Below, one piece after another: positions 58,509 through 64,000 of a stretch of 64,000 bases of DNA. The DNA lies in the NCBI GenBank assembly GCA_902466395.1, contig CABQQR010000002.1:110184-174183 (forward strand), read 5' to 3'. The DNA comes from an uncultured Collinsella sp. (GTDB lineage: Bacteria; Actinomycetota; Coriobacteriia; Coriobacteriales; Coriobacteriaceae). The notes beneath the pieces were generated by a model. That model had not been told where the DNA came from and searched no databases. It worked only from the letters and a program-made list of their open reading frames with translations. The number at the start of each line of letters is the position of its first letter. Within the stretch, counting starts at the first letter, position 1. The position numbers were made by a program, and so were the translations under genes.

Positions 58509-59810
58509 ATGAGCAAGACAATAGTTAGGCCCACGCTTTCGCTGGGCAACCACATCTATCTGTATCGCCTGCTACGCGATGCGATTGGATGCGGCAAGCA
58601 AACGTTTATGACGCAGGTCGAGGAGGCGCTCGCCGCCGGCGACATGGCCGCTTATGACCTGGGCTTCGAGTCCACGCGCGAGTTGCTCGAGGAACTCGAC
58701 GACTGCATTAAGCTGACCGTCTTTAAGGGCGGTCGCCTGTATGCCACCGTCATCGCCAACGAGGCCTGGGATACCGCCCTTGCCAAAGGCGAGGACAAGC
58801 CCAAGGCAGCCAAGGGCGCCAAGCAGTCCTACAAAAAGAAAAAGCGCGGCGAGAAGGACCTCAAGGCCGTACGTCCCAAGCACGTTAAGCATCCCGAGCC
58901 CGTGGCCGAAGTCGCTCCGGAACCCGAGCCCGAGACAGAGATCGAAGTCGCTATTGAGGTAACAGCAGAAGCCGAAACCGAAATCGCCGCCACGACCGAT
59001 CCCGAAGTCATATCCGAGCAGGAAGCAACTGTGGAGCTCAACGAAGCGCCCAAGTCGACAACCGAAGAAGCCGCTGACCAACCCGAGACGCCTGCGTTCC
59101 AAAACAGCGATGTCTTTGGCAACGAGGCCGAGGACGATCAGTCCGACGAGCCCGCCGATCAAGGCGCTACCGAATCGGCACCGGAGCCCGAGACGCCGCA
59201 GCCCGCCATCTCGCTCACGGTCGTCTATGACCCCGAGAACGCCAACGCCGGCATCACCACCATGGCCTCCACACCGATCGAGGCAAAGCCGTCTGTCGAG
59301 GCAGAGGACGCCCCGCAAGCCGACGCCAAAACCGAGACTGAAGACACATCCGTCTCCGTGGAACCGACAGATTCCGCAGTTAAGCCAGAACCGGCGCCCG
59401 AGTCTGCACCCGTCATCGAGTCCGCATCCGCACCTGTCTATGACCAAATTCCCGCACCGGTACCGGCTTCGGTACCCGCAGCAGCACCGGCCCCCGCACC
59501 CACAGCACCGACCATCCCCGAGGACTTCCCCGTCGATTTCGCAACCGAGGTCTTCTGCCCCGGCCCGTTGCTACACCAGCTGTCGACCTATCTCCCCTAC
59601 GGCGCCGACACGCTCGGCATCGTCGGCGAGTACTACTGGATCGCCCGCGAACGCGGCACCATCGAGGCCGCGCGAAACCGCGCAATCTTCCCCCTGCGCT
59701 ACACGCAGGCCGGCGAGCGCCACGAAGTCACCGTGCGCATCCGCCGCAACACCACCGGAGGCCTCGGAGCCACCTGGACCGTCGACAAGGTTGAAGAATC
59801 CAACGAATAG
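58509..59810 (+). CDS. Hypothetical protein: N- and C-terminal globular domains joined by a roughly 250-aa acidic Pro/Glu/Ala-rich linker
   Basis: AGAGGAG RBS before the ATG at 58509 (MSKTIVRPTLSLGNHIYLYRLLRD…). C-terminal domain …YYWIARERGTIEAARNRAIFPLRYTQAGERHEVTVRIRRNTTGGLGATWTVDKVEE. Confidence 0.5.
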   Translation: MSKTIVRPTLSLGNHIYLYRLLRDAIGCGKQTFMTQVEEALAAGDMAAYDLGFESTRELLEELDDCIKLTVFKGGRLYATVIANEAWDTALAKGEDKPKAAKGAKQSYKKKKRGEKDLKAVRPKHVKHPEPVAEVAPEPEPETEIEVAIEVTAEAETEIAATTDPEVISEQEATVELNEAPKSTTEEAADQPETPAFQNSDVFGNEAEDDQSDEPADQGATESAPEPETPQPAISLTVVYDPENANAGITTMASTPIEAKPSVEAEDAPQADAKTETEDTSVSVEPTDSAVKPEPAPESAPVIESASAPVYDQIPAPVPASVPAAAPAPAPTAPTIPEDFPVDFATEVFCPGPLLHQLSTYLPYGADTLGIVGEYYWIARERGTIEAARNRAIFPLRYTQAGERHEVTVRIRRNTTGGLGATWTVDKVEESNE

Positions 59811-59812
59811 CA

Positions 59813-59857
59813 AAACGCGACGAACGTCACAAAAACGTTCGCCGCGTTTTTTTATTT
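59813..59857. terminator. Bidirectional rho-independent terminator between convergent genes
   Basis: aaaacgcgacgaacg tcacaaaa acgttcgccgcgttttttt, with a U-tract on both strands; ettA ends at 59914 on the minus strand. Confidence 0.6.
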
Positions 59858-59913
59858 TCCCAGGTTGAGCATAAGTTCGTGTGACAAAGGGGCTGTCCCT
59901 TTGCCACATCAAA

Positions 59914-61593
59914 CTAGTCCCTGGTAAGTTTCCTGTGGATACGATGCGGCTGGGCTGCGTCCTCGCCCAGACGCTCGATGCGGTTGGCCTGATAGGCCTC
60001 AAAGTTGCCCTCGAACCAATACCAGTTGCCCGGATTCTCGTCGGTGCCCTCCCACGCCAGAATGTGCGTGGCGACGCGGTCCAGGAACATACGGTCGTGG
60101 CTGATGACCACCGAGCAGCCCGGGAACTCGAGCAGCGCCGCTTCGAGCGAGGACAGCGTCTCGACGTCGAGGTCGTTCGTGGGCTCGTCGAGGAGCAGCA
60201 GGTTGCCGCCCTGCTTGAGCGTAAGCGCCAAGTTCAGACGGTTGCGCTCGCCACCGGAGAGTACGCCAGCGCGCTTCTGCTGGTCCTGGCCCTTAAAGCC
60301 AAAGCTCGCCACATAAGCGCGGCTCGGAACCTCGGTCTCGCCGACCATCATGTGGTCCAGGCCATCCGAGACGACCTCCCACAGGTTCTTGTCGGGGTCG
60401 ATGCCGGAACGGTTCTGGTCGACGTAAGAAATCTTGACGGTCTCGCCCACCTCGAGCTCGCCCGAAGTCAGCGGCTCCAGGCCCACAATCGTCTTGAACA
60501 GCGTGGTCTTACCGACACCGTTGGGGCCGATAACGCCCACAATGCCGTTGCGCGGCAGGGTGAACGAAAGGTCATCGATGAGCACGCGGCCATCGAACTC
60601 CTTGTGCAGGTGATGGGCCTCGAGCACCTTGTTGCCCAGACGCGGGCCCACAGGGATGCGGATGTCGGTCCAGTCGAGCTTCTGGCTTGCGCGGGCCTCG
60701 GCCTCCATCTCCTCGTAGCGAGCCAGACGGGCCTTGTTCTTGGCCTGGCGAGCCTTGGGCGAGCTGCGTACCCACTCGAGCTCGGCCTCCATGCGCTTGG
60801 CGAGCTTGGCGTCACGGTTGCCCTGGGCCTCGATACGCGCGGCCTTGGTCTCCAGATACGTGGAGTAATTGCCCTTGTAGGGATAAAGGTGACCGCGGTC
60901 GACCTCGCAGATCCACTCGGCAACGTTATCCAGGAAGTAGCGATCGTGTGTGACGGCAAGCACCGCGCCCTGGTAGTTGTGCAGGAAGTGCTCGAGCCAC
61001 AGGATCGACTCGGCGTCCAGGTGGTTCGTGGGCTCGTCGAGCAGCAGCAGGTCGGGAGCCTCGAGCAGCAGCTTGCACAGGGCCACGCGACGGCGCTCGC
61101 CGCCAGAGAGCACGTTGACCGGCATGTCGGAATCGGGCAGCTGCAGGGCGTCCATGGCCTGGCCGAGCTTGGAATCGATATCCCAGCCGTCGGCGGCATC
61201 GATCTCGTCCTGGAGCTTGCCCATCTCGGCCATGAGGGCGTCCATGTCGCAATCCGGGTCGCACATCTCCTCGCCGATCTTGTTGAAGCGATCGACCTTG
61301 GCGATCATGTCGCCAAACGCCATGCGCACGTTCTCGATGACGGTCTTGTCGTCATCGAGCGGCGGCTCCTGCTGCAGGATGCCCACGGTGTAGCCGGGGG
61401 TAAGCCTGGCATCGCCGTTGGAGACTTCCTCGATACCGGCCATGATCTTGAGCAGGGTCGACTTACCCATGCCGTTGGGGCCCACGACGCCGATCTTGGC
61501 ACCGGGGTAGAAGCTCAGGGTCACGTCGTCAAGGATTACCTTGTCGCCATGGGCCTTACGAGCCTGATACATCTGGTAGATAAACTCCGCCAT
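59914..61593 (-). CDS. ettA: ABC-F energy-dependent translational throttle protein
   Basis: MAEFIYQMYQARKAHGDKVILDDVTLSFYPGAKIGVVGPNGMGKSTLLK… has two ABC domains (second Walker A GPNGVGKTT) and is 559 aa, EttA-like. Confidence 0.9.
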   Translation of the reverse strand: MAEFIYQMYQARKAHGDKVILDDVTLSFYPGAKIGVVGPNGMGKSTLLKIMAGIEEVSNGDARLTPGYTVGILQQEPPLDDDKTVIENVRMAFGDMIAKVDRFNKIGEEMCDPDCDMDALMAEMGKLQDEIDAADGWDIDSKLGQAMDALQLPDSDMPVNVLSGGERRRVALCKLLLEAPDLLLLDEPTNHLDAESILWLEHFLHNYQGAVLAVTHDRYFLDNVAEWICEVDRGHLYPYKGNYSTYLETKAARIEAQGNRDAKLAKRMEAELEWVRSSPKARQAKNKARLARYEEMEAEARASQKLDWTDIRIPVGPRLGNKVLEAHHLHKEFDGRVLIDDLSFTLPRNGIVGVIGPNGVGKTTLFKTIVGLEPLTSGELEVGETVKISYVDQNRSGIDPDKNLWEVVSDGLDHMMVGETEVPSRAYVASFGFKGQDQQKRAGVLSGGERNRLNLALTLKQGGNLLLLDEPTNDLDVETLSSLEAALLEFPGCSVVISHDRMFLDRVATHILAWEGTDENPGNWYWFEGNFEAYQANRIERLGEDAAQPHRIHRKLTRD

Positions 61594-61777
61594 TTGCCTG
61601 TTTTATCCTTTCTACCTTCTGTTTCCCTATTCTTGATTCGCTTTAGTGGAAACGAAATGAGGAAACCAGCTCTGAAACTAAACGAAAAAGGGGCATGGTT
61701 GCCCACACCCCCTAATACTACCTGGGAAAAATCCCCCGGAACATACTATGAACTGCGTACGCTAGTTTTCCGCAACC

Positions 61778-62482
61778 TTAACGAGCGGCTCGCTGCGATT
61801 TGCGCCACAGCAGATACGAATAGACGTAGGCAGCTCCAGCTGAACCAAACGCCAGAACCGCAATCACCGCGGCGACGACTTCACTCGAAAGCACGCTACC
61901 CGCCACGCCCATCACAATCAGGCCAACGCCCAGCACCATAAAGCAGGCACCGCCAAAACGCTGCGTACGGCGCCAGTTCTCGGGATCGGCAAGCGCCCAG
62001 GGCGTCTTGATACCGAGCGTGTAGTTCTGCTTTACGCGCGGTAAGTAGTTGCCCATACCAATAAAGAGCAAGCCGATAGCGCCTGATACCAGCAAATTGA
62101 CCGTTCCTACCACCGGCACGATGCCCCACACCGTTAGCTCCCCCAGCCAGCTTATGGCACACATGAGCAGCGTGAAGGCGATTACGAAGCCCTGATAGAA
62201 CTTACCCGAGGTCCGATACGCCTCGCCCTTGGGGTCAATGCGTGGCACGACGTAGAACATCGCGAGAAGTGCCAGAGGCAACACGCCGAGCGCGGAGGCC
62301 ATCCAGCTAGGGCCCCAACCGTCGACGGCGCCATTCGCGCCCCAGTGCGTGGGAATCTGCGCCGGCAGGCTCGGCATCACTATCAGATGCGCTGCGACAT
62401 TGGCAACGCACAGAGCGACCAGTGCAATCCACACGCGCGACGATACCCCCGTGGCGTGAATGCCCTTGTTTTCGTTATTCAT
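61778..62482 (-). CDS. SdpI/YhfL-family membrane protein (DUF1648 plus SdpI)
   Basis: 6-TM protein with an …HWGANGAVDGWG… N-terminal module. ATG at 62482 overlaps the stop of the upstream ArsR gene. Confidence 0.7.
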   Translation of the reverse strand: MNNENKGIHATGVSSRVWIALVALCVANVAAHLIVMPSLPAQIPTHWGANGAVDGWGPSWMASALGVLPLALLAMFYVVPRIDPKGEAYRTSGKFYQGFVIAFTLLMCAISWLGELTVWGIVPVVGTVNLLVSGAIGLLFIGMGNYLPRVKQNYTLGIKTPWALADPENWRRTQRFGGACFMVLGVGLIVMGVAGSVLSSEVVAAVIAVLAFGSAGAAYVYSYLLWRKSQRAAR

Positions 62483-62771
62483 CCTTATCACCTTCAGTGT
62501 TTGTAAAGCCCATAAACCAGCCAATCAAGTCCTGCATGACGGTGGTATTTAAGCTGTAAACGATGTTTTGGCCATGGCGCTCATCGGTCACCAGCCCGGC
62601 GTTTTTAAGCGTTGCCAGATGATGGCTGAGCGACGGTTTGCTTATGTCGAAATGCTCGGCGAGCTCCCCCGCCGTGCAATTGCCTTCGCGCAGCAACTCC
62701 AAAATGCGCCGTCGCGTTGGATCGGCAAGCGCCTTAAAACCCTCTCCCGGCATAAGACCTCCTCTCATCAT
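62475..62771 (-). CDS. ArsR/SmtB-family transcriptional regulator (SdpR-like)
   Basis: LADPTRRRILELLREGNCTAGELAEHFDISKPSLSHHLATLKNAGLV is a winged-helix ArsR motif. Confidence 0.8.
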   Translation of the reverse strand: MMRGGLMPGEGFKALADPTRRRILELLREGNCTAGELAEHFDISKPSLSHHLATLKNAGLVTDERHGQNIVYSLNTTVMQDLIGWFMGFTNTEGDKDE

Positions 62772-62932
62772 CTCTCATGACGTGCACACTATACTCGATA
62801 TTTAGATGTTTGTCTAACTATCTAATCTCAATGCTTCAAACCACATCAAAGTAAGCGCCGTCGCAACCTATGGGCGATTACCTATAATGGCGATAGCTAA
62901 AACACGATTCGCTTCCCCATCGGAGGATATCT

Positions 62933-63727
62933 ATGACCGAAACCGCTGCCGCTCTCGTCGAGACACGCGACACCAAGCTCGAGATCATCATGGGCCGCGT
63001 GGCACTCAATAAGCTCGCCGATGCTACGGTGCTGGTGCTCGGCTGCGGAGGTGTGGGGTCCAATTGCTGCGAGGCGCTCGCCCGCGGCGGCATCGGTCAT
63101 TTCGTCATTCTGGACAAGGACATCATCGCGCCCAGCAATATCAATCGCCAGGCTATCGCCTTTCACAGCACCATCGGCAAGCGCAAGGTCGATGTTATGG
63201 AAGCCATGATCCACGACATCAATCCCGCCGCCACCGTTATCAAACGCACCGAATACCTGCTGAGCGACAACATCGACGAGTTCTTCGCGAGCGTTTTGGA
63301 GCAGACGGACGGCAAGCTCGACTACGTCGTCGACGCCATCGACACCATCTCGGCCAAGCTCACCATTGCCAAATATGCTCAGGACCACGACATTCGTTTG
63401 GTTAGTTCCATGGGCGGGGCTAACAAGCTCCATCCCGAGTGCCTCCGCTTTGCCGACATCTTCGATACGGTACGTGACCCCATGAGCCGCATTATGCGCA
63501 AAGAATGTAAGAAGCGCGGAATCAAGAGCCTGCACGTGCTGTTTAGCTGCGAGGAATCGGTTAAGACCCAACCCCGCGACCCGTCCAACATCCACGAGCG
63601 TACCGAGTTGGGTACCGCCAGCTTTATGCCGCCCATCATGGGCCAGATGATCGCCGGCGAGGTTATCCGCCAGATCAGTGGCCGCGGCACCGAGCACGTG
63701 CGTGCCGATGGCCAGCGCCTAGACTAG
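62933..63727 (+). CDS. tcdA: tRNA threonylcarbamoyladenosine dehydratase (ThiF/MoeB E1-like)
   Basis: …VLVLGCGGVGSNCCEALARGGIGHFVILDKDIIAPSNINRQ… shows E1-like Rossmann and TcdA/CsdL family similarity. Confidence 0.85.
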   Translation: MTETAAALVETRDTKLEIIMGRVALNKLADATVLVLGCGGVGSNCCEALARGGIGHFVILDKDIIAPSNINRQAIAFHSTIGKRKVDVMEAMIHDINPAATVIKRTEYLLSDNIDEFFASVLEQTDGKLDYVVDAIDTISAKLTIAKYAQDHDIRLVSSMGGANKLHPECLRFADIFDTVRDPMSRIMRKECKKRGIKSLHVLFSCEESVKTQPRDPSNIHERTELGTASFMPPIMGQMIAGEVIRQISGRGTEHVRADGQRLD

Positions 63728-63741
63728 CGGAGCGCGCCGAG

Positions 63742-64000
63742 ATGGAGCCCCGGTTATTTGATGCACACTGCCATCTTGATTTAATGGCTCACCCGGACGC
63801 CGTTGCCGATGAGGCAACGGCGCTGGGCTTGGGTCTATTTGATTGCGGCGTCGATCCACGCGACTTCGCTAGCGCACACGGGCGAACCCGTCGCCTTCCT
63901 ACCGTCATCAAGGGCATCGGCCTCCATCCCTGGTGGCTCGCCGACGGCCGCTGCGGTCCCGCCGAAGTCAATCTGCTTTGCGAAGTTGCTGCCCAAGAGC
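63742..64000 (+). CDS. tatD: TatD-family metal-dependent hydrolase (N-terminal part; runs off the window end)
   Basis: MEPRLFDAHCHLDLM… is the TatD N-terminal metal-binding HxH motif. Confidence 0.7.
   Translation, partial: MEPRLFDAHCHLDLMAHPDAVADEATALGLGLFDCGVDPRDFASAHGRTRRLPTVIKGIGLHPWWLADGRCGPAEVNLLCEVAAQE

Noticed and set aside
59881-61941. 686-aa plus-strand ORF
   Set aside because: Antisense to ettA (ABC-F); Leu/Val/Gly/Asp shadow frame.

Overview
This 64 kb window is high-GC (about 62-65%) chromosomal DNA from an Actinomycetota genome. Gene content is Coriobacteriia-like: pta with two ackA copies, arcA, ldh, an aspartate racemase next to an ATP-grasp ligase, and an Actinobacteria-style Trp leader peptide. 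All calls rest on reading the six-frame translations and the sequence by eye; no database search was possible. Most of the window is core metabolism and maintenance. From left to right the calls are:
- arcA, partial at the window start
- ppk1 with a long Pro-rich tail
- an RlmD-like rRNA methyltransferase
- a GH1 6-phospho-beta-glucosidase and a PTS EIIBC operon, beside an IS3-type transposase remnant
- a DMT transporter, a DJ-1 family protein, maf and a DmpA-like peptidase
- a GT2 glycosyltransferase and glf
- pta, convergent with two tandem ackA paralogs
- xseAB, rnd and a DAGK-family kinase
- an LPXTG-anchored C69 dipeptidase
- an ECF transporter (S component, fused EcfA1A2, EcfT)
- an aspartate racemase and an ATP-grasp ligase (candidate D-Asp ligase pair)
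- a secreted peptidoglycan hydrolase-like protein and a Ser/Thr kinase
- a HigBA module
- an acetylase-variant lysine/DAP cluster (M20 deacetylase, in-frame lysA-dapA fusion, dapB, dapH, plus a nearby aminotransferase)
- ndpA, a DUF2974 hydrolase, ldh and nadE
- ettA, an SdpR/SdpI-like pair, tcdA and a partial tatD.
Two low-GC islets stand out. One, at about 19.5-21.8 kb, carries an MFS transporter and a LysR regulator. The second, at about 52.85-57.35 kb, is the main candidate for a new system. It is a strongly AT-rich five-gene minus-strand cluster: a 773-aa B12-binding radical SAM enzyme, a translationally coupled 36-aa acidic peptide, an MFS exporter and two small proteins, ending in a rho-independent terminator. 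A second notable element is a 22-codon leader peptide with three consecutive Trp codons, followed by an intrinsic terminator and a 20-nt long-range complement, all upstream of the ECF S component. This looks like ribosome-mediated Trp attenuation controlling a tryptophan-type ECF transporter. Several convergent-gene junctions carry unusually long nested inverted repeats. No rRNA, tRNA or CRISPR arrays were found.
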